Assembly (NCBI GenBank): GCA_964618765.1
Contig: CAZUDZ010000001.1
Coordinates: 5,826 to 69,825, forward strand
Direction of reading: 5' to 3'
DNA length: 64,000 nucleotides
From: an uncultured Candidatus Saccharibacteria bacterium
Lineage (GTDB): Bacteria; Patescibacteriota; Dojkabacteria; SC72
Part shown: positions 48,072 through 58,238 of the stretch, piece after piece
Layout of the letters: each line of letters opens with the position of its first letter
How positions within the stretch are numbered: the first letter of the stretch is position 1
Made by a program: the position numbers and the translations under genes
The notes under the pieces: model-generated
What the model saw: the letters and a program-made list of their open reading frames with translations, nothing else
Databases searched by the model: none
Told to the model about the DNA's origin: nothing

Positions 48072-48353
48072 TTGATTAAAACAAATTATTATAGGGCTTT
48101 AAGCAAGCTTTCTAAAATGGTATATTCAGATATGCAATATCCTAAGCATATTCAAAATAGAATCAAGAGAGTAGAAGGGCAGGTAAGTGGTGTAAGGAAA
48201 ATGATTGTTTCCGCAGAGGGTGAAGACAGGATAATGACACAACTTCAGGCTAGTATATCTTCCTTGGAGAGTCTTAAAACGGAGCTGATTAAGCAACAGA
48301 TGAAAGAATCTATGGTTAAAGATGTAAAGAAATCTTTAGGATTGAGTGATTAA
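48072..48353 (+). CDS. CsoR/RcnR/FrmR-fold (DUF156-like) small protein lacking the canonical Cys/His metal ligands
   Basis: RIKRVEGQVSGVRKMI...IMTQLQASISSLESL follows the CsoR-family helix pattern, but there is no Cys or His at the ligand positions. Confidence 0.5.
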   Translation: MIKTNYYRALSKLSKMVYSDMQYPKHIQNRIKRVEGQVSGVRKMIVSAEGEDRIMTQLQASISSLESLKTELIKQQMKESMVKDVKKSLGLSD

Positions 48354-48429
48354 AAAAATTAACTGCCCCCTGAGATAATTTGATATACTTACTACATATA
48401 TATTTGTATTTTAAAACTTCAAACTAGAT

Positions 48430-49074
48430 ATGAAAATTAGAAAAGTTGGATGGACGAGCTTCTTAATAACGAGTGATAATATCTCAGTAATGACAGATCC
48501 CTTGTTACTATCAGAAATAGGTATTAGTTTTCCTAAGACAAAGGCGGATGTATGCCTTTATACGAACTATTCAAAGAAGATAAAAAATGGAATATTGAAA
48601 GATAACGGATTAAAAGAGAAGGTAGTTGCTGATAGTAGGGAAGAGATTATGGAAATTAGTACTCCCGGAGAATATGAAGTAGGTGGGATAATGATCAGGA
48701 GGGCAATTGGAGAAGATTTCTTCATTATCGATGAAAAAACAACCAGAGTGGTATATATGGGTGGTACAGATCAGAGTTTTGACCCAGAGAAGCTTTCAGA
48801 CCTTGGTGATGTTGATGTTTTGATTGTTCCTGTGGGTGATGGTGTTAACTTCATGAGTTTTGAGAAGATAGAGAGAGTAATTTCTAAAACAGACCCTGCG
48901 ATACTAATCCCTTGCGCATACAAAGAGGAGGGGAATAAAAATCAAGACCTTAGGAGTCGAGAAGAATTCATAAAGCATTTTGGGTTTGTAAACATACGCG
49001 ATGAGAGCTACTTAAATGTTAGCAAGAAAAAGGTAGAAAAAGATCAACAGAGTGTAGAGGTAATATTTTTGTAA
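48430..49074 (+). CDS. MBL-fold hydrolase-like protein (COG2220-like) without an intact HxHxDH motif
   Basis: N-terminus KVGWTSFLITSDNISVMTDPLL resembles the beta-lactamase-fold UPF0173 family. No HxHxDH motif was found. Confidence 0.45.
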   Translation: MKIRKVGWTSFLITSDNISVMTDPLLLSEIGISFPKTKADVCLYTNYSKKIKNGILKDNGLKEKVVADSREEIMEISTPGEYEVGGIMIRRAIGEDFFIIDEKTTRVVYMGGTDQSFDPEKLSDLGDVDVLIVPVGDGVNFMSFEKIERVISKTDPAILIPCAYKEEGNKNQDLRSREEFIKHFGFVNIRDESYLNVSKKKVEKDQQSVEVIFL

Positions 49075-49091
49075 TAAAATAAAAAACAAAC

Positions 49092-50402
49092 ATGGATAAA
49101 GTGCCACCACAAAACATAGAGGTAGAGCAATCCTTACTAGGTTGTATGTTAATAGATAAGGATTCCATTATTTCAGTTTCTGGTTGGCTTCTACCGGACC
49201 ACTTCTATGATGAGCGACATATGCAGATATATTCTAGTATATTAGAACTTTTTAATGAAGGTTTACCTGTAGATCTAATTACCCTAACGGATCAATTGAA
49301 AAAGAGGAAAAAACTTTCCTCCATAGGGGGAAGATCATATATAGCGGATCTTACTACCATGGTAGCTACTTCTGCTCATGCAGAAGAGTACGGTCAAATT
49401 ATCAAAGAAAGCGCAACAAGAAGAGGTTTGATTTCTGCAGCTAGAAACATCACAGAGATGGCCTACAAAGAGTCAGTAAATATTGATGAGGTTATAGATA
49501 GCTCTGAAAGGGAGGTTTTCGATGTGGCACAAAGTGGGACAAGGACTAACTTTGTACATATTAAAGATCTTCTTAAGGATGCATATGAAAGGGCAGAAAG
49601 GGCAGATAAGGATGAAGCGTATTTAGGAATCTCTACAGGATTTAAGGATCTTGATGATCTCTTAGGAGGTTTCCAAAAATCAGACCTTGTTATCCTTGCC
49701 GCAAGACCATCAGTAGGGAAAACAGCTCTTGCATTAGATATGATGAGACACGCAGCATTAGTAGAAGGCAAAACTGTAGCTTTCTTCTCTTTAGAAATGT
49801 CTAAAACACAAATTATGGACAGACTTCTTGGTATGCAATCAGGAATTCCTTTTTGGGAAATTAGAACAGGAAGATTAAGTGACAAGAAATTCATGAAGCT
49901 TGCAGACACAATGGGGGAGTTGGCAGATGGGAATATTTTCATAGATGACCAGGCAGGTCAACATATTAATGCTTTAAGGACAAAGGCTAGAAGATTAGCA
50001 CTTGAAAGAGGTTTGGATATAATATTTGTTGACTATTTACAGTTAATGCATGGTAACAGTAAAGAAAGTAGAACATTGGAAGTCGGAGAGATATCTCAAG
50101 GGCTTAAAAATATTGCTAAAGAGTTAGACATCCCAGTAGTAGGACTATCTCAATTATCCAGAGCGATAGAGCAAAGACAGAGTAGGAGACCTCAACTTTC
50201 GGACTTGAGAGAGTCAGGATCTATAGAGCAGGATGCTGATGTCGTTATGTTTATAGATAGAGAAGAAGTCTGGGACCCAGATACAGATGACAAGGGAACA
50301 GGGGAGTTAATAATAGCAAAACATAGGAATGGGCCTACTGGATATGTAAAACTTGCGTTTGTCAATGAGATCGCTAGCTTTAGGAACCTGTATAAAAAAT
50401 AG
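49092..50402 (+). CDS. dnaB: Replicative DNA helicase DnaB
   Basis: N-terminal DnaB domain (PPQNIEVEQSLLGCML), Walker A AARPSVGKTALAL, and RecA-like motifs. Confidence 0.9.
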   Translation: MDKVPPQNIEVEQSLLGCMLIDKDSIISVSGWLLPDHFYDERHMQIYSSILELFNEGLPVDLITLTDQLKKRKKLSSIGGRSYIADLTTMVATSAHAEEYGQIIKESATRRGLISAARNITEMAYKESVNIDEVIDSSEREVFDVAQSGTRTNFVHIKDLLKDAYERAERADKDEAYLGISTGFKDLDDLLGGFQKSDLVILAARPSVGKTALALDMMRHAALVEGKTVAFFSLEMSKTQIMDRLLGMQSGIPFWEIRTGRLSDKKFMKLADTMGELADGNIFIDDQAGQHINALRTKARRLALERGLDIIFVDYLQLMHGNSKESRTLEVGEISQGLKNIAKELDIPVVGLSQLSRAIEQRQSRRPQLSDLRESGSIEQDADVVMFIDREEVWDPDTDDKGTGELIIAKHRNGPTGYVKLAFVNEIASFRNLYKK

Positions 50403-50417
50403 TAAAGCAAACCGTAT

Positions 50418-50447
50418 TTCACAAAATACCCCTCATTAAGGTATAAT
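50418..50447 (+). promoter_or_regulatory. Candidate promoter for tRNA-Leu: -35 TTCACA, 18-nt spacer, -10 TATAAT
   Basis: ttcaca at 50418-50423 and tataat at 50442-50447, 20 nt upstream of the tRNA 5' end. Confidence 0.45.
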
Positions 50448-50467
50448 CCACCAGTACTGTGATTTTA

Positions 50468-50551
50468 GGTCGAGTGGTGGAACTGGCAGACACGCGGGAC
50501 TCAAAATCCCGTGCTAGCGATAGCGTGAGGGTTCAATTCCCTCCTCGACCA
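50468..50551 (+). tRNA. tRNA-Leu (anticodon CAA)
   Basis: Acceptor GGTCGAG/CTCGACC, anticodon loop CTCAAAA, long variable arm, T-loop GGTTCAATTCC. Confidence 0.85.
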
Positions 50552-50576
50552 TTCTAATTAAATAAAGTTAAATATT

Positions 50577-51335
50577 ATGGAAGAATTTGTTCTTAATCTG
50601 CTTGAAAGTATAGGGAGTATGGATTTTCAGATAGTATGGCAAATTTTTGCCTATGGATTGATTGTCTTCTGGTTTGTAGTTTTGTATTGGGTATGGCTTG
50701 ACTCAGGGGACAGAACATCTAAGAAGTCTGTTAGATGGTTGCTTGTCCTTCTTGTAGCTATTCTAAATGTTGTAGGATTGGTAATATATTTGATAATAAG
50801 GCCCCCTCAAACAATAGAAGAAATATATTGGTCTGATTTAGAAAGAAGATATCTTAAATATGAAACAGCGGAATTAGGAGATTGTCCTAAGTGCGGTTCT
50901 CAACTTTTCCCAGGATTTAATTACTGTCCAAGCTGTAGGTATAAAATAAAAGTAAGGTGTACAAGATGCCAAGTGCTAGTGGACAGGAAGCATAAATTTT
51001 GTCCTCACTGTGGACAAGAGATGAGGAAAAGGAAAAGTTCCGAACAAACATCTCCTACAAAAGAGGTTATGCAACAACAAATAGATGCGACAAAGGAAGA
51101 AGCAAAAGATGTAGTAGAATCTAAGAAAACTAGGTACTCTAGTAAAAAAGGCTTTGCTCTTAGGATAGGGGAATCCGTAGTTGGTGGGTACGAGATTATG
51201 TATACAAAACTGAAGGCTCTCTTTTCCAAATCAAACGATCGTGCTCTTAGTAAAAAATCAGAATCCAAACAACAGGACAAAAAGAAATCAAAAAACAGAG
51301 AGAAGAAAGAGCAATCAAAAAATCATAAAAAATAG
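50577..51335 (+). CDS. Membrane protein with a double zinc-ribbon domain and a Lys-rich C-terminal tail
   Basis: Two N-terminal TM helices, then CPKCGSQL...CPSCRYKI...CTRCQVLV...CPHCGQEM, two CxxC pairs twice. Confidence 0.6.
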   Translation: MEEFVLNLLESIGSMDFQIVWQIFAYGLIVFWFVVLYWVWLDSGDRTSKKSVRWLLVLLVAILNVVGLVIYLIIRPPQTIEEIYWSDLERRYLKYETAELGDCPKCGSQLFPGFNYCPSCRYKIKVRCTRCQVLVDRKHKFCPHCGQEMRKRKSSEQTSPTKEVMQQQIDATKEEAKDVVESKKTRYSSKKGFALRIGESVVGGYEIMYTKLKALFSKSNDRALSKKSESKQQDKKKSKNREKKEQSKNHKK

Positions 51336-51382
51336 CCTATTTGTGTTATCATAAGTTATTGTAATTTAGATTTTAAATCTCG

Positions 51383-52219
51383 GTGTATACAGCCATTTTG
51401 GGAAAATTCCAGGAGATACTAAACAATATAAATCCATTGCTACTGTTTCTTGTTGTAGTCACATTTGGGATGTATGTTTTTTGGAGAGGTTGTATGGAGA
51501 GTAGGAAAAACCCATCCTCCATATACGATACTTTTCTTCTCTCCCTTTTCGGAGGAGTAGTCGTTAGTAGAATTTCCCATATAATATCCAATTGGTCCAG
51601 ATTTTCACCCTACATATGGTATTGGCTACCATACGAGAAGTATGGTGACGAAATACACCTTTTTAGGGTACTTCCTTGGAGATTCCTAAGAGTCTGGGAT
51701 TGGGGGATAGACATATTGGCTCTTTTTCTAGGGTTCCTTTTAATAGCAACCTTTTGGATTTTAGTTGTCAAAAAGTGGAAATGGAGTCATCTTTTCTCAA
51801 CTATCTTCTTTACAGCACAAACTATGCTTGCGATATCATTCGTATTACTAGGTAGTGCCACGAAAAACGAACAGTGGCTTGTACAGGGAGTAATAATGTC
51901 TCTTCTACCAGCAGTACTTCTTTTTCTTAAAAACTCAGTTAAAAGAGTTATGATGGGTAAAAAAGAGAGTAAAGTATTAGCAAGTTTGGATGTTATCTTT
52001 ATTCTCTTAACTTCAGTATTTATCTCTCATACATATCTTACAATAGGTGTTAACAGTGTAGAGAGAATAGAGATAATAACATTCATACTCTGGGTTGCAT
52101 TTGGAATTCTTTATTACCTTCTTGATTTACGCAAGGACAACGTTACCATCGAGAAAGTCTCTTCTGTTAGAATTGTATCCCCCATAGACATTAATCAACC
52201 AATTAAATTACCTAAGTAA
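51383..52219 (+). CDS. Polytopic membrane protein, possibly Lgt-like (weak)
   Basis: 6-7 hydrophobic helices. There is loose resemblance to prolipoprotein diacylglyceryl transferase segments (FGMYVFWRG, LFGGVVVSRISHII) but no clear Lgt signature. Confidence 0.45.
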   Translation: MYTAILGKFQEILNNINPLLLFLVVVTFGMYVFWRGCMESRKNPSSIYDTFLLSLFGGVVVSRISHIISNWSRFSPYIWYWLPYEKYGDEIHLFRVLPWRFLRVWDWGIDILALFLGFLLIATFWILVVKKWKWSHLFSTIFFTAQTMLAISFVLLGSATKNEQWLVQGVIMSLLPAVLLFLKNSVKRVMMGKKESKVLASLDVIFILLTSVFISHTYLTIGVNSVERIEIITFILWVAFGILYYLLDLRKDNVTIEKVSSVRIVSPIDINQPIKLPK

Positions 52220-52222
52220 TCT

Positions 52223-53203
52223 ATGATAGAAATAACGGAGAAACAGCTTAACAAGAGAGTAGATCTTTTCCTACTTGAATATCTAGAAAGTAAAGAGGGG
52301 GAACTGTTTTCCCGGAATTTCCTTGTTAACAATTGGGGTGGAATAATGAAAGTAAATGGGAATAGTGTAAAACAGTCATACAAATTAAAAATGGGAGACA
52401 AGGTAGAGGTAGATATGGAAAAGGTTGAGAAATTAAAAGAGCTCTTAAATAGGACTTCTACAATAGAAGGAGAGAATTCAGCATTAGATATCCTTTTTGA
52501 AAATGAAGATTTTTTGGTAATAGAAAAGCCTAAAGGAATGGTTGTACATCCTGGAATAGGGAATAGAGAAGGAACGCTAGCAAATTATGTAAAAGGATAC
52601 CTTGAGAAGAACGAGGAATTTGACAGTAAGATGAGCAGAGCAGGTTTAGTTCATAGGTTGGACAAGGGGGTTGGAGGTTTAATAGTTTTTGCAAAAAATC
52701 TTTCAACACAAAGATATTTACAAGAGCAATTTGAGAGACACCAAGTAAGGAAGATATATTTGGCTGAAATAGAATTTAAACAGCTTAAAGAAGGATTAGA
52801 TAAGTATTTTCCACAGAAACAGCTAGATATTGATGAGGAGATAAAGAGCCTAGAGGAGGATGACTTTAAACCCGGCAAGAGTTGGTTTAAAGCGGAAGGA
52901 TATATAGCAAGGAGTAAAAGCAATAGGATGAAGATGGAATTTAAAAGATTTGTCGGACGAAACGGAAAGGAAGCGATATCATATATAAAGCCAATAAGTG
53001 AAGAACAAGTGTTAATTGTCATAAAAACAGGAAGAATGCACCAAATCAGAGCTACTTTAGAACATTTTGGGGTAGGAATTAAAGGGGATACTCTTTACGG
53101 TCTTTCCAAAACATCCCTGTTACCAGAGAAGATAGGGTTGAGATCAATATTCTTAGGCTTTAGGGAGGCAAATGGGGAAGAATTTACCATTATTAAGTAT
53201 TAA
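52223..53203 (+). CDS. rluD: RluA-family pseudouridine synthase (RluD-like, with an N-terminal S4-like domain)
   Basis: GMVVHPGIGNREGTLAN and the catalytic Asp motif LVHRLDKGVGGLIVFAKN. Confidence 0.85.
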   Translation: MIEITEKQLNKRVDLFLLEYLESKEGELFSRNFLVNNWGGIMKVNGNSVKQSYKLKMGDKVEVDMEKVEKLKELLNRTSTIEGENSALDILFENEDFLVIEKPKGMVVHPGIGNREGTLANYVKGYLEKNEEFDSKMSRAGLVHRLDKGVGGLIVFAKNLSTQRYLQEQFERHQVRKIYLAEIEFKQLKEGLDKYFPQKQLDIDEEIKSLEEDDFKPGKSWFKAEGYIARSKSNRMKMEFKRFVGRNGKEAISYIKPISEEQVLIVIKTGRMHQIRATLEHFGVGIKGDTLYGLSKTSLLPEKIGLRSIFLGFREANGEEFTIIKY

Positions 53204-53212
53204 ATTAGTAGT

Positions 53213-54421
53213 ATGAAGAGAAAGAGAAGGGAGAGAAAAAAGAAAACAAGAAGATTTAAGAAAGATTCTTTTAATTTTAAAAAGTTGCTTTTGCTATTAC
53301 TGCCATTCTTACTCCTAATGTACTTGATATACTCAGTAATTACTCTCTTCGGTATTAAGAGTGTAGATCCTCTTTCTCAAAACATCTCAAGTCAAAGATT
53401 CCTTTCTAATTCAGAGGGTGATCTGGAGAAGACAATATTCATAATAGAAAGAGGTACTGGTGATAAAAGAGCTATTTCCGATGTATATGTTTTCCTTAAC
53501 AATGTTAGGAAAAGTAACTCAATTTTAATATATATCCCTGGAACTATATTCTTCAATGGTTTAGAGGGAGATTTTGGAAGTCCAATTCCAATATCCTCTT
53601 TAAGATATGCGGGAGATTTCTTACAGGAAGACAGGGGGGTGGAATATACCCTTTGGCAGTTAAATGAGATTTTGGGATTCCGAGCAGATACTTATGTGTG
53701 GTTAACAACAGAGGCAAATGAGGTTATGCAGCAGATATATGGAGACCCCACCATTGTCAAAGAGAAATACAAGGAAGGATATACTGTAGAGGAGGATTTC
53801 TCCCTGTCCGATTCTTTACTAAAACTACATGCCATTTCCTCACATTTTTCATACCCAAAGAGCTTATTTAACAGCTCAAAGCTAAAGGAAGTACATGAGC
53901 AGATATACTCTAATCTGAGCTTCCCCAAAGTGCTGTCAAAAATTGCAAGTTTTAAAACCATTGTTAATAGCTCAGAAACCTATGTTATGGATCTCAGTTG
54001 GTCTAAATACGCTACAGAAGAATTTTCAGACCAGGGTGGTCCTATTGCTACAATAAATATAGCTGAGTATGACAAAGCATTAAGAAGACGGCTAGTAGAT
54101 GTTATAGATAGAGATTTAGAAAAGGAGAGAGTCAGGATTGAGGTGTATAACGGAAGTGGAGGTGAAGGAAAAGCTGGTATATACGCCAGAAAGATCTTAA
54201 ATAATGGTTGTGATGTAGTAAGATTCGGGAATGCACCTGATCCTTTAGAGAAAACAAAAGTCTTTATCTCTGATAAGAACGAGTTTGGTGCATCTCTTGC
54301 TGTAGTAGAGGAAGTCCTCTTTGGTAGGTATGAAATTCTTGAGGAAAGACCTTCCTTTATGACAACAGGGGACATTGTCATATTACTAGGGAAAGAGGTT
54401 TTACAATTGGAGATATTTTAA
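53213..54421 (+). CDS. LytR-CpsA-Psr (LCP) family protein with a LytR_C-like C-terminal domain
   Basis: N-terminal TM, a central LCP-like region, and a C-terminal ERVRIEVYNGSGGEGKAGIYARKILNNGCDV typical of the LytR C-terminal domain. Confidence 0.65.
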   Translation: MKRKRRERKKKTRRFKKDSFNFKKLLLLLLPFLLLMYLIYSVITLFGIKSVDPLSQNISSQRFLSNSEGDLEKTIFIIERGTGDKRAISDVYVFLNNVRKSNSILIYIPGTIFFNGLEGDFGSPIPISSLRYAGDFLQEDRGVEYTLWQLNEILGFRADTYVWLTTEANEVMQQIYGDPTIVKEKYKEGYTVEEDFSLSDSLLKLHAISSHFSYPKSLFNSSKLKEVHEQIYSNLSFPKVLSKIASFKTIVNSSETYVMDLSWSKYATEEFSDQGGPIATINIAEYDKALRRRLVDVIDRDLEKERVRIEVYNGSGGEGKAGIYARKILNNGCDVVRFGNAPDPLEKTKVFISDKNEFGASLAVVEEVLFGRYEILEERPSFMTTGDIVILLGKEVLQLEIF

Positions 54422-54430
54422 CTATATAAT

Positions 54431-56905
54431 TTGCTTAAAACCTATTTTTCATCTAAAATTTCCATTATGTTAACGATTTGGATACTTCTTGGACTATTAA
54501 TATTCGCATTGGCCTTTCTAGGTTTTGTTCTTTTTCTAGGAGGGAAGAATACAGATGACACAATGTTGTATGAGGAAGTTAGAAGCCCCATATTTATGCA
54601 GATCTTAGTACCTCGGGAAAATGAGAAGGCTTCTCTTGCTGCAGAGCAGATGTTTGCCTCTATTCATGGAATTCTTGAAAACTATTCTAAATGTCCGGAT
54701 GTTGTTAGTTTTGAAATAGCATCAACAGAGGAGGATGGTATTCGCTTCTATGTTGTAGCGCCCCAACATCTCTCTAGATTCATAGAGGGCCAGATCTATG
54801 CTCAGTATCCCAATGCCGATATCCAGTATGTGGAAGACTATACTAAGAAAGATTCTCTCTTGTCTGAAACTTTTGTAACAACCGGAGAGATAGAGATGGA
54901 GAAAGATTATATATTCCCAATAAAAACATTTAGAAGCTTTGAAGTGGATCCCTTAGCAGCAATAACAGGGGCAATTTCAGAGCTAAATAGGGGAGAGAAG
55001 GCTTGGTTACAGGTTGTCATTCGTCCAGTCTCTAACTATTGGCAAGATCGTTCAAAAGAATATATTACATCAGTTCGAGAGGGTAAAAGTTTAAATGGAG
55101 GTGGCCTCATTAGCTTTGTATCAGATATGGTAAAGAATATGGGGAAGGTATTATCTCAAACATCAGAAACAAAAGTACAAAAGGAAGTTGTTAAACTTCT
55201 TCCAGGACAGGAGGAAGAATTGTCAGAAATTGAGAACAAGATGCTAAAGGTAGGTTTTGAATTTAAAGTGAGAGTTGCTACTAAGGCAGACACGCAGATA
55301 AGATCGGAACAGATACTACGAGACATAGTAGCTAGCTTTAAGCAATTTACTACAGCACATCTTAATAGTTTTATCCATATTCTTCCGGATAAAACAGGCA
55401 AAGAGATATATGAAGACTATATTAAAAGATATATATCACAAGAAGAGCCGGATGTTATAAATATAGAGGAATTAGCCTCTTTGTATCATCTTCCTAATAT
55501 TTCTGTAGAAACTCCCAACATTGCTTGGAGTAGGGCTAAGAAGTTAGAACCTCCTATGAATGTTCCCAAAGCAACAGATGGTGAAGTTACAATATTTGGG
55601 GAGACAGATTACCGAGATGTAAAATTAGAGTTTGGTATCAAAAGGAAAGATAGACAAAGGCATTTCTATCTTTTGGGGAAAACAGGAACAGGAAAATCAA
55701 CTCTGTTTAAGAATATGTTCATATCAGATGTTTTGGCAGGTGAAGGAGCTTGCTTTGTAGATCCACACGGAGATACTGTTGATGAGCTCCTAAGCTATAT
55801 CCCCCCCAACCGTGTAAAAGATGTTGTATATTTTAATCCTACAGATATTGACCATCCAGTTGGTTTTAACCTTCTAGAATTAAAAGACAAGTCGCAAAGG
55901 GACTTAATAGCAGATGGAGTGGTAGAGGTGTTTAAAAAGCAGTTTGGTGACTCTTGGGGGCCTAGATTACAGTACATACTAACTAACACAGTAGCTACAG
56001 CTCTAGAAGCACAGGGGACTACACTCTTAGCAATACTTCGTTTACTTTTAGATAATAATTACCGTAAATTCATACTGAAACAGGTAGATGACCCAATACT
56101 TTACAAATTCTGGACAGATGAATATGCTCAGATGAGTCAAAATAACAGATTGTTAACAGAATCTGTATCTCCGATACAAAATAAAGTCGGTCGCTTCATA
56201 TCCTCCGCAGTCATTAGGAATATAATAGGGCAAGTAAAATCAACAATAGACTTAAGAGATATAATGGACAATCAGAAGATCCTGCTTGTCAATTTAGCTC
56301 AAGGAAAACTAGGAGAGGAGACAGCTTCTTTACTTGGTGGTATGGTCATAACAAGATTGCAATCGACAGCAATGGAAAGAGTAGATATCCCGATAGACGA
56401 AAGGAAGGATTTTTTTCTGTATGTTGATGAGTTTCAGAATTTCGCAACGGAATCTTTTGCTAAAATTTTGTCCGAAGCTAGAAAGTACAAACTTAATCTA
56501 ACAATGACAAATCAGTACATTGATCAATTACCCTTAACTGTAAGACAAGCCATATTTGGTAATGTTGGAACAATGGGTTCTTTTGTAGTCAGTCCAGCGG
56601 ATGCTGCAATATTGGAGAAGGAATTTGCTCCAGTCGTATCTGCAGATGATCTTGTCTCTTTAGATGCTTGGGCTATGTATGTCAAACTGTGCATCGATGG
56701 CATGACCTCTGTACCTTTTAGTGCAAAATCATTGCCAGTTAGATATCACAATTTCAACCTTAAGGATGAAATTATCTCAGAATCTCGTATAAAATATGGT
56801 GTCCCAAAAGAGGTAATAGAGGAGAAAATCAACAAATGGAGTGCTCAGGAGTATAGTGATAAGGGAAATAGGTCTATAAACAAGACGGAAGAAAAGTCTA
56901 AGTAA
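54431..56905 (+). CDS. Membrane-anchored P-loop ATPase of the VirD4/TraD/TrwB - HerA/FtsK superclass (DUF87/AAA_10-like)
   Basis: N-terminal TM. Walker A HFYLLGKTGTGKSTLF, Walker B FFLYVDEFQNFAT, and a downstream ARKYKLNLTMTNQY motif. 824 aa. Confidence 0.6.
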   Translation: MLKTYFSSKISIMLTIWILLGLLIFALAFLGFVLFLGGKNTDDTMLYEEVRSPIFMQILVPRENEKASLAAEQMFASIHGILENYSKCPDVVSFEIASTEEDGIRFYVVAPQHLSRFIEGQIYAQYPNADIQYVEDYTKKDSLLSETFVTTGEIEMEKDYIFPIKTFRSFEVDPLAAITGAISELNRGEKAWLQVVIRPVSNYWQDRSKEYITSVREGKSLNGGGLISFVSDMVKNMGKVLSQTSETKVQKEVVKLLPGQEEELSEIENKMLKVGFEFKVRVATKADTQIRSEQILRDIVASFKQFTTAHLNSFIHILPDKTGKEIYEDYIKRYISQEEPDVINIEELASLYHLPNISVETPNIAWSRAKKLEPPMNVPKATDGEVTIFGETDYRDVKLEFGIKRKDRQRHFYLLGKTGTGKSTLFKNMFISDVLAGEGACFVDPHGDTVDELLSYIPPNRVKDVVYFNPTDIDHPVGFNLLELKDKSQRDLIADGVVEVFKKQFGDSWGPRLQYILTNTVATALEAQGTTLLAILRLLLDNNYRKFILKQVDDPILYKFWTDEYAQMSQNNRLLTESVSPIQNKVGRFISSAVIRNIIGQVKSTIDLRDIMDNQKILLVNLAQGKLGEETASLLGGMVITRLQSTAMERVDIPIDERKDFFLYVDEFQNFATESFAKILSEARKYKLNLTMTNQYIDQLPLTVRQAIFGNVGTMGSFVVSPADAAILEKEFAPVVSADDLVSLDAWAMYVKLCIDGMTSVPFSAKSLPVRYHNFNLKDEIISESRIKYGVPKEVIEEKINKWSAQEYSDKGNRSINKTEEKSK

Positions 56906-56946
56906 AAGATCTGGTTTGGAACCTTTTGTTTGTGTTAGAATATACT

Positions 56947-57729
56947 ATGTCAGGACATTCTAAGTGGTCAACAATTAAACATAAAAAAGCCATCCTAGAT
57001 GCTAAGAAAGGTAAAGTTTTCTCAAGAGTTTCTACTCAAATAACACATGCTGCAAGAGAAGGTGGTGGTGATCCAGAGATGAATCCTTCCTTGAGGATGT
57101 ATATAGATAAGGCAAAGGAAGTAAGTTTTCCTCAGGACAAAATAGAGAAGGCAATACAGAAAGGAGTAGGTGAGGATGGTGAAAATATTACTTTTGACAG
57201 TTCCACATACGAAGGTTTTGGTCCCTTTGGGATACAGGTGATAGTAGATACTTTAACAGACAACAAGAATAGAACGATAGCGGAATTAAGAAGACTTTTT
57301 GAAGATATTGGTGGGAATATGGGAGAGGAGGGGAGTGTAGGTTGGAACTTTGATCTCAAGGGCTTGATACTAATTAAAAGTGGACATATGGAAAAATCTA
57401 AGAAGTATGGAGAGGATGACAAATTTGTAGAGGAAGATGTAGAGGAAGTAATGCTTAATATTATGGAGATAGAGGGGGTACTGGACATACAGGAAGTAGA
57501 TTTAGATGGTATAAAAGGATTAGAAATATACACTGAGTACTCTGATTGGGGTAAGGTTAGAGATGCCATTAGTAAATTAGGTTATGTATTAAAGGAAGCT
57601 GGAATTGTGAAAGAAGCAAAGACATTCAAAGAGTTAAAAGGAGGGGAGTTAGAGAAAGCCAAGCAAGCTTTGGAGAAATTAGAAGATCAAGAGGATGTTC
57701 AAGAGGTTTGGAGTAATTTAAAAGAGTAA
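56947..57729 (+). CDS. yebC: YebC/PmpR family transcriptional regulator
   Basis: MSGHSKWSTIKHKKA N-terminus. The likely true start is 56947 rather than the upstream Met at 56926. Confidence 0.9.
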   Translation: MSGHSKWSTIKHKKAILDAKKGKVFSRVSTQITHAAREGGGDPEMNPSLRMYIDKAKEVSFPQDKIEKAIQKGVGEDGENITFDSSTYEGFGPFGIQVIVDTLTDNKNRTIAELRRLFEDIGGNMGEEGSVGWNFDLKGLILIKSGHMEKSKKYGEDDKFVEEDVEEVMLNIMEIEGVLDIQEVDLDGIKGLEIYTEYSDWGKVRDAISKLGYVLKEAGIVKEAKTFKELKGGELEKAKQALEKLEDQEDVQEVWSNLKE

Positions 57730-57734
57730 AAAGA

Positions 57735-58199
57735 ATGCGTATTTTAGGTATAGATCCAGGTTTAGCTACAACAGGATGGTCTGTGGTAGATTTTGACAAT
57801 GATGGAAACCCAAAACCCATTGACTATGGTGCAATCGTTACTAAAAAGGGCCTAAGTGTCTCTGTTAGGTTAGCAGAGATATATGAGGATATGAATGAAT
57901 TAATAGAGAAATTTAAACCTGATTTAGCAGGAATAGAGACATTGATATTTTGTAATAATGCAAAAACAGTAATGTCTGTGGGAGAGGCTAGGGGAGTTGT
58001 GAGATTGGCCCTAGAGCAGAACAGCATCGATATTAAAGAGTTTACACCTCTACAGGTAAAAAATGCTGTAACAGGGTATGGTAAAGCTTCTAAAGAACAG
58101 GTACAAAAAAGTGTCAAGATAATCTGTAATTTGAAGGAAATTCCCAAACCAGATGATGCTGCGGATGCAATTGCTGTGGCTATTGCATGTTATTTTTAA
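57735..58199 (+). CDS. ruvC: Holliday junction resolvase RuvC
   Basis: MRILGIDPGLATTGW...DAADAIAVAI. Confidence 0.9.
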   Translation: MRILGIDPGLATTGWSVVDFDNDGNPKPIDYGAIVTKKGLSVSVRLAEIYEDMNELIEKFKPDLAGIETLIFCNNAKTVMSVGEARGVVRLALEQNSIDIKEFTPLQVKNAVTGYGKASKEQVQKSVKIICNLKEIPKPDDAADAIAVAIACYF

Positions 58200-58238
58200 C
58201 GAGATCTATACCTTCCCAAAATCCTGTATAATATAACC

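Noticed and set aside
56926-56946. Upstream Met (MFVLEYT) as the yebC start
   Set aside because: The YebC family begins MSGHSKW, which matches the Met at 56947, so the upstream extension is unlikely.
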